A stretch of 64,000 nucleotides of DNA from Naegleria gruberi. Taxonomy: Eukaryota. Below the pieces are notes generated by a model. It saw nothing but the letters and a program-made list of their open reading frames with translations, made no database searches and was not told the DNA's origin. Shown here in pieces: positions 1 to 8,747 of this stretch. The stretch lies in assembly GCA_000004985.1 (NCBI GenBank), contig GG738866.1; one strand, given 5' to 3'. The translations under genes were made by a program, and so were the position numbers. The first letter of the stretch is position 1. Every line of letters begins with the position of its first letter.

Positions 1-1
1 T

Positions 2-1417
2 TCAGCATTTAAGGTTCAAGGATTGACAAGCTTTATTGAAATTGTCTTTGCTGACTTGGTTTTCAAGAGCGAAAATGTTAGTTGTGTCTATTTTGATGAA
101 GTTTCGAATGCTTGGAGTAGGGATGGATTGATTACTACTCTTGTCAAGAAACAAACAGGTGGATTTAATGTCAAATGTGAAACTAATCACTTGACAGCTT
201 TCTCTGTTGTTGTCAATGATGCAATCACACCAGTTCAACCAACTCAATCGCCAGCAAAGAGTGGCACCACTACTACAACTACTGACAATACATTGGCTAT
301 TGTTCTGGGTGTGGTCATTCCTTCTGTTGTGATTATTGCAGCAATTGTCACAGTCATCATTGTTGTAGCAATTGTTTGCATGAGAAAGAAGAAGAAAGGA
401 CAGTCAACAAATCAACCTAAGCTTACCAAACTTGACAGTGTCTATGAACAACCTAACATATCTGCTTATGAACATTCAAAACCTCATGACATTTTGACAG
501 ATACTGAACTTTCTGTCATGTCTGATTTCCCATCAAACAATAGCATGTTAATCAAACCATTAATGAGTGTTTACACAAGCACTGGTTCAACATCAAGCAC
601 TTCTTCTAAATTTGATCCAATGTCCAGATATAAGAATCTTGTTAGAATTGGTCAAGGCGGTTTTGGAAGTGTTTTCAAAGCAGAAGATGCCAAGTGTGGA
701 AATCAACTCAAAGCCCTCAAAGTTATCAAATATTCATCAGTGGAAGAATTGAACAACATTTTGAAGGAAGGAAATCGTTTAATGAACATTTCACATCCAT
801 ACATTCTCCATGTGAATGATGTCTTGATTGACTCTGATCAAATCCTATGTATTGATATGGACTATTATGAAAAGGGAGATTTAAATCAATTTGTAAAGGT
901 TGGTTCTGAATGCCCTGAAAATATTCTCAAACAAATTCTCTATCAAATGTGTAATGCTCTCGATTATGTTCACAACACTTTACAAATTGTTCACAGAGAT
1001 ATCAAACCATCGAATATTTTCATTAAGGAAATGTCTCAAGATAGTATTCATTTGATTTTAGCAGATTTTGGATTGGCTAGACAAACTCAAGGAAGTGTCA
1101 TGTTTTCCTATGCAGGAACTCCATTGTTCATGTCAACTGAGTTAGCTCTCGGTGGTAAATATACTGCCAATACTGATATTTATTCATTGGGTGTGACATT
1201 GTATCAAATTATTACAAAGGATGTAGAAACTTCATTGTCTCACATATCGCTCACTATGGATACAGCCGAATTTGAAAAGACTATTAGAAATAAGATGAAA
1301 CAAGCCAACCCTGCACTTTCGGATGAATTATTGGACATTATTGTGAGCATGTTGAAGAGAGATTATGCCACAAGACCTTATCCAAAGGATATTCTCTCCA
1401 ATTCCTACTTCCAATAA
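2..1417 (+). CDS. Receptor-like Ser/Thr protein kinase, 5' truncated by the window edge. Extracellular GPS (GAIN-type) motif, Thr-rich stalk, one TM helix, cytoplasmic kinase domain.
   Basis: The reading frame is open from position 2, and the track ORF at 23 begins at a TTG that is not a true start. Residues CVYFDEVSNAWSRDGL...NVKCETNHLTAFSVVV match the GPS consensus C-x-[FW]D...W...G...C-x-C-x-HLT-x-F-[AS]-V-[LV]. Next come TTTTTT and the TM segment LAIVLGVVIPSVVIIAAIVTVIIVVAIVC followed by a KKKK stop-transfer. Kinase subdomains are present: IGQGGFGSVFKA, ALKVIK, HRDIKPSN, DFGLAR, GTPLFMSTE. Stop is TAA at 1415..1417. Confidence 0.8.
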   Translation, partial: SAFKVQGLTSFIEIVFADLVFKSENVSCVYFDEVSNAWSRDGLITTLVKKQTGGFNVKCETNHLTAFSVVVNDAITPVQPTQSPAKSGTTTTTTDNTLAIVLGVVIPSVVIIAAIVTVIIVVAIVCMRKKKKGQSTNQPKLTKLDSVYEQPNISAYEHSKPHDILTDTELSVMSDFPSNNSMLIKPLMSVYTSTGSTSSTSSKFDPMSRYKNLVRIGQGGFGSVFKAEDAKCGNQLKALKVIKYSSVEELNNILKEGNRLMNISHPYILHVNDVLIDSDQILCIDMDYYEKGDLNQFVKVGSECPENILKQILYQMCNALDYVHNTLQIVHRDIKPSNIFIKEMSQDSIHLILADFGLARQTQGSVMFSYAGTPLFMSTELALGGKYTANTDIYSLGVTLYQIITKDVETSLSHISLTMDTAEFEKTIRNKMKQANPALSDELLDIIVSMLKRDYATRPYPKDILSNSYFQ

Positions 1418-1488
1418 CTATATTACCTTTTTATTGTAATAAAATTTCCAATTTTTTCTAGAAAATAAATTCTCAAGTTCACCAACAG

Positions 1489-2145
1489 ATGGAACTTGCA
1501 AAACTTTTTTTCAAATTAAAAATTACAAAAAAAATGACTTGCATTGAGGCTGGTATTTTCTACGGAGTAAAATTGAGAAGACTCAACAAGAACCCATCAT
1601 TCCTAAACAAGGTTTTATTAATTTTGTACAAACAAGTGAATAATATTGAATTGACAAAGGGGGAGAAGGAATTTGCCGAAAACTTAAAGACAATTGAACC
1701 ACAAGCATCGTCTTCCAATCTAGAAGATGAAGAGGATGATAAACCTAAAGTGCCTCCTCCTAAAAGTGCACCAAAGAGAAGACATGTCGAAGATGATGAA
1801 GGAGAGGATGAGGATGAAGTTGATGAACAAGTTGATGAAGAATATAATGTAGAAGAAGAACAATTGGAAGAATATGATTACCAGTTAATTTACAAAGCTC
1901 AAGAGAATTTAGGATTTTCTGTGATTACTTCAAAGGGAAATACATGGAATAGAAGTGGATTTGATTGTTTAGAAATAGTTGAGCCAGTCAATTCGGATAA
2001 TTGTAGCTCATTCAATCCACAAGATTTACTCGATATGGAAAAGAGTGTTTCAGATGAGAAGAGAAATAATGTTGCCATGTATTTGAAAATGATTGGGCAT
2101 CCACCTGCTTCATTATCTTGGTATTTGTATCCAAGTGCTGGTTAA
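1489..2145 (+). CDS. Hypothetical acidic protein, 218 aa, with a long D/E-rich central tract.
   Basis: Single ATG-initiated ORF. The DEGEDEDEVDEQVDEEYNVEEEQLEEY acidic run has no recognisable catalytic motif. Coding-like codon usage on the same strand as its neighbours. Confidence 0.45.
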   Translation: MELAKLFFKLKITKKMTCIEAGIFYGVKLRRLNKNPSFLNKVLLILYKQVNNIELTKGEKEFAENLKTIEPQASSSNLEDEEDDKPKVPPPKSAPKRRHVEDDEGEDEDEVDEQVDEEYNVEEEQLEEYDYQLIYKAQENLGFSVITSKGNTWNRSGFDCLEIVEPVNSDNCSSFNPQDLLDMEKSVSDEKRNNVAMYLKMIGHPPASLSWYLYPSAG

Positions 2146-2273
2146 ACCATTAAATAATTTATTATTAAATTGTAAAGTGCATTTAAAAAATTGTAAACTT
2201 TTTAGGTTCCAAAAAGGAAATCATTAATAAAACACTAAAAAGGTCAATATTCAAATTGATCAACACACAAAAA

Positions 2274-3065
2274 ATGTCTCTACTTCTCACTCAAGCCAGT
2301 TCTTGGATCAATTCTAATGAAACTCTGAAAAACTCCTCCATAACATTACACATTCTCTATTCGATTTGTCACAATATATTCGAACATCCATCGGAAATTA
2401 AATTGAGAACCCTCAAGTTGGATAATGCAAAATTTAAAGCCAATGTTCTCAATGTTGAAGGAGCTGTCGATCTGTTATATTTGTGTGGATTTGAAATGGA
2501 TACAAATAGCAATTGTTTAATTCTCAAACAAGTGAATGAGAATATGTTGAAGGAATTACATGATTTGGGAAATTTATTTAATAGTTATTGTTCTGATGAT
2601 GTTAAATCACCAAAACCAACAACTGTTTCGCATCAATCATCACATACAACAGTATCATCACATGATCCTTTCACAAGTACTCCAGAAAGAGCTCCTCCAG
2701 TGGTTCGTCATCATGATTTATTTCATCATCATGACACATCTCCTCCACCAATTAGCACTACACAAACAGTAAGCCAACAACAACAACATTCAACAAGTCA
2801 TGATTTCAATGATGAAGAATATTTGAAAAAACAACATGATTTGGAGGAGAGAAGAAAGCAACTTGCTGAGGAGAAACGAATCAAGAAGGAGGAAGCCATG
2901 AAAATTAAGAATCAATCTAAATTGGATAGAAAGGAAAAACATGATGAAGATGAATATGAACATGGATTGAATATTCCACAACATCATGCCACTCATCATC
3001 AAGGAAATACCTCTTCAAATCCATTCTATTCAGGAATGACTACTTATAAGGATCTTGGTCAATAG
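2274..3065 (+). CDS. PUB (PNGase/UBA-or-UBX) domain protein with a C-terminal charged coiled-coil and His-rich tail.
   Basis: The real ATG is at 2274; the track start at 2256 is TTG. TLHILYSICHNIFEHPSEIKLRTLKLDNAKFKANVLNVEGAVDLLYLCGFEMD fits the PUB-domain pattern (L..I..N......K.R......N..F..V....GA..LL...GF). EERRKQLAEEKRIKKEEAMKIK is a coiled-coil. Confidence 0.6.
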   Translation: MSLLLTQASSWINSNETLKNSSITLHILYSICHNIFEHPSEIKLRTLKLDNAKFKANVLNVEGAVDLLYLCGFEMDTNSNCLILKQVNENMLKELHDLGNLFNSYCSDDVKSPKPTTVSHQSSHTTVSSHDPFTSTPERAPPVVRHHDLFHHHDTSPPPISTTQTVSQQQQHSTSHDFNDEEYLKKQHDLEERRKQLAEEKRIKKEEAMKIKNQSKLDRKEKHDEDEYEHGLNIPQHHATHHQGNTSSNPFYSGMTTYKDLGQ

Positions 3066-3114
3066 CTCTTTCTGCCTTTGTAAATATATTTCACATCACA
3101 CATTAAAAAAGCAA

Positions 3115-4808
3115 TTAAATCTTGACAAACAAATTATTATCAGCATCAATTTGACCATCAAATGTGGAAATGCCATTTGATGAATTATTGGATGGTAATC
3201 TCACTAAATTCAGAACACTAGCCAATAGTTTTGATTTCAAATTGAAATCTCCCTTAAGAATACGCGAATGACTCACTCCAGCCAAATCAGGCATTGAGTT
3301 TACTTCCAACAAGTGAGGTTGCAAATTGCTATCAATCATAATATCATAACCATATAATTGAAAACATTTGGATTTTGATTGGTGGAATGTTTCATCTTGT
3401 TTTTGTGGATTCAATATGGTGAATTGGAGAGATTCTCTCACCAGTAATTTGATTTGTTCTTCAATTACATTCCAATCAATGTCCATCTTTTCCAGACATG
3501 GTATCAGTTCAGGCAAATACATGTTCGAAAAGAAGCCAAACTTTTGTGTGATGGTCTCATTCTGAATCTTGTTTTTCTTATCATTGACTGAATTATTGGT
3601 AATGTGAATGAATGGATTCTTCAAAGTATCTAAATCTGTCGTATAATCCTCACTTGCGAATCGAACAATGGCATCTCTGTAAAAGTAGGTGTGAAATTCC
3701 TCAGTGTTGGATCCAAATCTTTCTTGAGAACCTCCACCAATCAAGAGAACATACATTCTCATGTCAAACTTTTTGTTTTCAATCAATAGTGGATTGTCAA
3801 TGTATTTAGAGACAACCATCTTGTGTTTGCCAAGTTTTAAACTCTTTTCCGAAATGATTCCACTCTCAATCTCACATGTTGGAATTTGTGGAAATTCCCC
3901 AACAATAACTTGTTGATAGGATTGATATATTTGAATTCCTCTTCCTTTTAATTATCATCATTATATTTAAATTAATATTATAATAAAAAGTATTAATTAA
4001 CAAAAAACAAACCTTCTCCAGATCTACCTGGTTTAACAATCCAAATAGATTTCTCTGTTTCCTCCTGATTTTCACAATGATTAATAAACAAATTCAATTG
4101 ATCTGGCAAATAGAATGATACGGGAACATATTGTGATTTGGATTTAACTTTCTTCTCGGATAAATCCTGAAAATTCAATGCCATCAAACTCTTATTACAT
4201 AATTCATGTGAATTAACAAAGTGATTAATTAGAGTATGGGATGGTAACTCGAACCATTTGACAATGTTATTCCTTGGAAAAACATGTCCCCAGAATAGAG
4301 GTAAACCTCTATAATTATCATCTTCCAGGTTAGACTTGTTGTTCTTGTTGAATTGTGCAAAATCTTCCTTGTTGATGAGGAGATTAAAACCATTCTCTTC
4401 AAAGGTTCTTCTTAGGACGGAGGCTGCAAACTTTAATTCCTTTGCCATTGATATCCAACAATAGGTTTTGTTGTTGTTGCTGATAGGAGAAGAAAAAGAA
4501 GTGGTATTGTTGTTATTAGAAGAACTTTCCAAGGATGGTGATGATGAAGATACAAGCGTAGTAGAGGTGGTACTAGAATTAATATTATTTAATGTTGTTG
4601 TAGACTTCTTCTTATATAAATCATCATTGGACGGGATAATGTGTTGGTAGGGACAATCATCGTGCTTGCAAAACCCATTACTTCTGTAGAACCAACAAAT
4701 TCCCTGCACTGTTTCCACTGTAGAAAAGTGAATAAACTTTCCTTCTGGTTGATGTTGTTTACTTGCTTCCTCATCACGATGCAATTCTGTAGAGGAACAA
4801 CAAGACAT
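3115..4808 (-). CDS. Tubulin-tyrosine-ligase-like (TTLL) protein, two exons: join(4013..4808, 3115..3944), about 542 aa.
   Basis: The N-terminal exon ends ...IWIVKPGRSGEG at a GTTTGT donor. A 68 bp intron (3945..4012) ends in AG. Exon 2 continues RGIQIYQS, completing the TTL ATP-grasp motif KPGxSxxGRGI. Further TTL motifs follow: KFDMRMYVLL, HITNNSVN, QLYGYDIMIDSNLQPHLLEVNSMPD. ATG is at 4806..4808 on the minus strand. Confidence 0.85.
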
Positions 4809-4916
4809 TTTTAATTTGATGGTCAAAATTCAAGCAACATGCTGGTACAATCATCAATACCAATATTGACTTTGATGCTTACAGTTATTCAAAAATTCAC
4901 TTAATTATGGGAGAAA

Positions 4917-5118
4917 GGGTGGCTCCAAAACTGACGGATAGTGCAATGTCTGCTTGAAACCTACCAAAGGGTGCTCTCAACTTGTTTCCAAGGAGGCACA
5001 CCTCTGGACCCGACAAAAAATTGAGTTAATAGTAAACGCGCCCCGTAGGACGCTTTCAGCTATTAAACTGAAAAGAACAGATACTACACTCGATCAAAGC
5101 CAAAAGGCCGAGAAAGAT
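4917..5118 (-). ncRNA. U2: U2 spliceosomal snRNA.
   Basis: The minus-strand read begins AUCUUUCUCGGCCUUUUGGCUUUGAUCGAGUGUAGUAUCUGUUCUUUUCAGUUUAAUAGCUGA, near-identical to the canonical U2 5' end and including the GUAGUA branch-point-pairing box. An Sm site AAUUUUUUG is present, the stem-loop IV loop is AUUGCACUAUCC, and the 3' end is ...GGAGCCACCC (canonical U2 ends CACCC). Confidence 0.9.
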
Positions 5119-5574
5119 GTTTTGTAGAAAAGGCTTACCAGTAGTGTATAAATGCCATTTCAAAGTGGCTTTGTTGGTGGAGAAAATTTGTGGGATTTGA
5201 ATATTTTTAAACAAGTTTGAAAATAAAATTGTGAGGAATGAAAAAGCCATCACATACCTTTCATTGATCCATATGTTCAGTTACAAAGCTTTTAGTTCTT
5301 TATTGGCTTCGTCTTTCATGATCACTGGAGCGGAAAGAAGAAAAGCGTTTCGTTTGAACATGTGCTTCGCTTCACATAGAACAAAGCAAACTTGGTACTA
5401 CCTAGGTATTGTTCTTGTGATGTCATATTGATGACATCGATTGATGGTGCGAAGATCGTTGTCGGCTGTTTTTTTTTTATTATTTAAAATAATTTGTTAA
5501 CGGTAATATTTTTAAAATTACCAAACTTAACACTAGAGGGTATATTAAACCTTTTATTTTACAATTAATGTGCT

Positions 5575-5645
5575 CGTCTCGTGGTGTAATGGTAGCATAG
5601 TGGACTTTGAATCCATTGACGGAGGTTCGATTCCTCCCGAGACGG
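5575..5645 (+). tRNA. tRNA-Gln, anticodon UUG, 71 nt, no intron.
   Basis: Cloverleaf read by hand. Acceptor CGTCTCG pairs with CGAGACG. D arm GTGT/AATGGTA/GCAT. Anticodon stem GTGGA/TCCAT with loop CTTTGAA, anticodon TTG. T arm GGAGG/TTCGATT/CCTCC. Discriminator G. Internal Pol III A box TGGTGTAATGG and a perfect B box GGTTCGATTCC. Close to canonical eukaryotic tRNA-Gln(UUG). Confidence 0.9.
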
Positions 5646-5666
5646 TAAACGTGGCGAGCCATGAAA

Positions 5667-5676
5667 TTTTTATTTT
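5667..5676 (+). terminator. Pol III terminator: T5 then T4 run, 22 nt downstream of tRNA-Gln.
   Basis: TTTTTATTTT lies immediately 3' of the tRNA. An oligo-T tract is the standard RNA polymerase III termination signal. Confidence 0.5.
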
Positions 5677-5925
5677 CAAATTGTTCAAATTGATGCATCA
5701 CTTGCATGTTAATTTTGATGATACTCCAGTTCACTCCATCAATTCCACACAAAATTTCTCCATTAAGCTGAAATACCGTACTCAACGGTCCAAAATGAAC
5801 ACTTTTACAAAAACTGAAACAGCCCATTCAATGATTCACTTTGCACAATTTGCTATCCACGCAAACGCTCCCAACACCAAGATTTCAAAGATTTCGCAGC
5901 AAACCAACAATCCAAATTAAAAAAA

Positions 5926-6831
5926 ATGAAAATCTCAAGCCTTATTGTGTTCTCCGTATGTATCCTCCTCATCTTGGGAGGTGTTGCTTCGATGAATGCT
6001 GCTATTCCAATGCGTGATCAAAAGACTCATAAATCACTCTCTTTTACAATGAAGAAGATTTCTGATTCTACAGAATCACAAAAGCCAATTAAGGCTGGTT
6101 ATTTGTGCCCAACTTGTATTGGTAGGTTATTGTTGACTATTCATTCCTTATTTAATTGAACAATGTTTCTTCACTATTATTTATTTGTTCTTCATATAAT
6201 AGATATTCTCGATTTTGCATTGGCTGATTTGGCTGCTGCTGCTGATGCTGGTGTTATTGGTTCTTGTTACAAGTTGTGTAATGCCATTATTGGATCTGGT
6301 ACTTATGCCTGGGAAGGTTGCAATGTTATCTGTGATGCTATTGGTATCAATGTCTTTATTGACATTATCAAGAAGGCTGATTTGGATCCAATTTATGCCT
6401 GCCAATTGGCTAACATTTGTCCAGTTAAGGATTGTACTGCTAAGAGATGTGCTTCATTCCTCAACTCTGGCTTCATTCCAGAAAAGATCCAACACGGTTT
6501 TCCAACAACATTCTACTCTGGTTTGCAAGTTTATAATGCTTCAGGTCCTGGTGAAGTTGTCTTTACTTTGAATGGTGCCTTCTCCACTGAAAATATGATG
6601 CAACGTTTCTACCAACCTAATGGTTATACTCCTGGTACTTATTCTATCAAATTTACCGTTACTACTAAGGATGATGATGCTAAGGCCCTGGAATGGTTGC
6701 CAGGTCTTTATTATGCTGTTGTTGATGTATGTGAAGGTGTCTGTGGTGATCTAAAACCACACACAAGAACCCTTGCACAAGCTAAGGCTAACTTTACATT
6801 GACTCCTCCTCCATGGCCAGGCAAGAATTAA
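5926..6831 (+). CDS. Secreted cysteine-rich protein with saposin-like Cys spacing, two exons: join(5926..6121, 6203..6831).
   Basis: ATG is at 5926 and is followed by a signal peptide MKISSLIVFSVCILLILGGVASMNA. Exon 1 ends ...CPTCIG at a GTAGGT donor. An 81 bp intron (6122..6202) ends in AG, and exon 2 is in frame with the 6163..6831 ORF. The mature region shows paired CxxC and CxxxC motifs (CPTC, SCYKLC, CNVIC, ACQLANIC) as in saposin-B, amoebapore and naegleriapore-type folds, followed by a roughly 130 aa Gly/Tyr-rich C-terminal domain. Confidence 0.6.
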
Positions 6832-6899
6832 ATTCTTTATTCTATTCGATCAATTATTTCTCTTTAATTCTTGTTGTATTGCTTAATTGGTAAAACAAT

Positions 6900-8177
6900 T
6901 TATTGTAAAACCCAATTATTCGATAATGTGGAAAGTTTTTGAGTAGGAACAGATCGATTGGTCATTCTATCTCTCATGAAAATGATACTCAACTGTTTCT
7001 TAACAGTGTTATATTTGAAAACATAGAAGTAGTGTGAAAAATCCAATCCTTTCAATGTGGAATTTTGCAATGTGGAATATTGTAAGGATTTCACCTTCTT
7101 TCCCTCTGATAAAAGACTTGTCAGGGTCTTGATATGCTTACTATCAGTGATGAGATTGTCCTCCAAAATAAATACCTCGTCACTTTCTAAATCTGCAAAG
7201 ATGTGAACAATAATTTCACATTCAGAATCAAAATTGGCAAATTGACAATATGCTTCACTTTCATTGACATTGAATGGATAGTGTAATACATCAACAGTAT
7301 AAATTCTCTGAATGATGACAATACCATTCGATTGCCTATGAAAATGGTTGGACGGAGAGAAATCTCTCTTCAGTCCTAATATTTCAAAATTCTTATACTT
7401 GACACTCTTCATACCTTCCATCAAGTTTAACAATTTCACAAGATATTCATTCAAAACCTTGCATGATTCCATTCTTCTTTGTGGCAATAATTGAGCATCA
7501 ACATTTTTGAATCGATTCATTAAATTTTCCAATTTGGAATCATACTTTTCAATCAGGTCACGTTTCGTATAAATTTCAACTCCTTCAATAAGCGAAACAG
7601 TTTGAGCCAATCTAAACGCCAAATATTTCAAATCTTCAATACTCAAACCTGATTCAATTTTGCTAAAATCCAATCCTTTCAATGCTTGAATTCTCGTGTT
7701 CAAATCAAACGATTTCAAAGCATTCACGACCAAAGTTCTAACACTTTCAATTCGTCTAATCTTTACAAGAATATTCTGAACAGTCATGACACACTTGAGT
7801 GGCACAATTCTCTCCACTCTCACCAGCCATTCATTTTCCAAAAATACATTATCCGAATGTAATTTCATAGTTTCCAACACTCCATTATTGACCTCATCAA
7901 CAATTCCTTTAAAAACCCTTCGAACACAACTCGGACTCTCTCCAAACAATTCTAAAACATTCAAATCTTCAGCATCCACTCCCATCTCAGCAATGAAACA
8001 ACACTCCCTATGAGAAGGCATCCTATTCGTCTCATAATTAAACAGGAAAATCCTATCCCTATCCAACGAATCAGAAGAGCCATGAATTAAACTTGGAGTA
8101 GCTTGCAACAATTCAATAATTCGTTCCTTCTCCTCATCAGAGAGAAGAACTTTTCTGAAAATTTTCATCATCATCAT
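6900..8177 (-). CDS. Hypothetical conserved-looking protein, 425 aa, no recognisable motif.
   Basis: Long ATG-initiated ORF on the minus strand (MMMMKIFRKVLLSDEEKERIIELLQ...). Mixed alpha-helical composition. I cannot name a family from the sequence. Confidence 0.55.
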   Translation of the reverse strand: MMMMKIFRKVLLSDEEKERIIELLQATPSLIHGSSDSLDRDRIFLFNYETNRMPSHRECCFIAEMGVDAEDLNVLELFGESPSCVRRVFKGIVDEVNNGVLETMKLHSDNVFLENEWLVRVERIVPLKCVMTVQNILVKIRRIESVRTLVVNALKSFDLNTRIQALKGLDFSKIESGLSIEDLKYLAFRLAQTVSLIEGVEIYTKRDLIEKYDSKLENLMNRFKNVDAQLLPQRRMESCKVLNEYLVKLLNLMEGMKSVKYKNFEILGLKRDFSPSNHFHRQSNGIVIIQRIYTVDVLHYPFNVNESEAYCQFANFDSECEIIVHIFADLESDEVFILEDNLITDSKHIKTLTSLLSEGKKVKSLQYSTLQNSTLKGLDFSHYFYVFKYNTVKKQLSIIFMRDRMTNRSVPTQKLSTLSNNWVLQ

Positions 8178-8236
8178 ATCATCATCATTTAAAAATATAA
8201 ATAAAATTATTATTATTATTTAATGATGATCAATTC

Positions 8237-8437
8237 CTATAGTAAACTTACTCCGGATTGTTGTCGAGGAGAAAGAACCTTTTCTTTTTCCTTATTGTTC
8301 AAATCCATAATCTTTTGATTAATCTTCTTTCCTCTTGCATTGTTTTGATTGTAATCATTATCATCACCATCATCATCAATAATTGATGTGGGTTTCATCT
8401 TCTTGGTGGAAGCAGCAGCAACTTTCTTTGACTTCAT
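8237..8437 (-). CDS. Small Lys/Asp-rich hypothetical protein, 66 aa, possibly a separate small gene.
   Basis: ATG-initiated ORF just upstream of the 6900..8177 gene on the same strand. It contains a GTAAGT near its 3' end, but no in-frame acceptor joins it to the downstream ORF. Confidence 0.25.
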   Translation of the reverse strand: MKSKKVAAASTKKMKPTSIIDDDGDDNDYNQNNARGKKINQKIMDLNNKEKEKVLSPRQQSGVSLL

Positions 8438-8747
8438 TTTTTTTCAAAGATTTCAATTTGGGATTTGATTCAAGTTTACAATAAAAATTTCACTTGTATC
8501 AATTGAGAAATATGATAAATATCATTGTAATAGGAGGAATTTCACAGAACGAGTTTGGTTTGTTAACTTGAAAAAGTATCCATCAGTTTCGTCTAAAAAT
8601 TGTTGAAAATGGTCACCTTCCCAATTTGACAAATACCCAATTCAATCCTTCCAAACAATCAATATGCTTTCCTATTTGCAAAACCACTTTAATTCTTTCA
8701 TATCCCACCTTACAAAAAAAAACTATTCGAAATCAAAATAATCAAAC

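Larger units (their letters stand above)
4903..5925. repeat. About 1.0 kb snRNA/tRNA module, copy 1: U2 snRNA (minus), 455 bp spacer, tRNA-Gln (plus), 280 bp 3' flank.
   Basis: Near-identical to 42033..43058 at an offset of 37131 bp. I saw one internal substitution, C at 5704 versus T at 42835, with the copies otherwise identical except for small indels at the extreme ends. Confidence 0.9.

Noticed and set aside
567-752. Short ORFs on the opposite strand of, or out of frame within, long confident genes. Examples: 567..752, 2560..2772, 2790..3002, 3368..3565, 3612..3809, 4468..4650, 6181..6405, 6215..6571, 7786..8013, 10843..11214, 12580..12798, 13198..14457 group, 14656..14934, 17249..17595, 19998..21742 group, 23171..23353, 24118..24312, 27938..28662 group, 29124..29825, 31369..32151 group, 32946..35352 group, 36362..36991.
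   Set aside because: They are shadow ORFs inside better-supported longer genes. They show no start context and no motif, and are typical for AT-rich coding DNA.
5245-5480. Naming the T9-terminated conserved spacer as U1, U4, U5, U6 or 5S RNA.
   Set aside because: The U1 5' splice-site-pairing sequence and SL1 geometry do not fit. There is no ACAGAGA/AGC (U6) and no CUUUUAC loop (U5). A canonical Sm site is absent. 5S similarity is limited to a short UAGUACUUGG-like stretch.
5056-5920. Track ORFs 5056..5253, 5231..5431, 5480..5827 and 5570..5920, and their duplicates at 42187..42958, as protein-coding genes.
   Set aside because: They overlap the U2 snRNA and tRNA-Gln genes and the conserved spacer. 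Their identity between the two repeat copies is explained by the RNA genes, not by coding.
8237-8437. The 66 aa ORF as the 5' exon of the 6900..8177 gene.
   Set aside because: A GTAAGT donor exists after codon GGA, but every AG acceptor before the MMMMKIF start leads to an immediate in-frame stop. It is kept only as a low-confidence separate small ORF.
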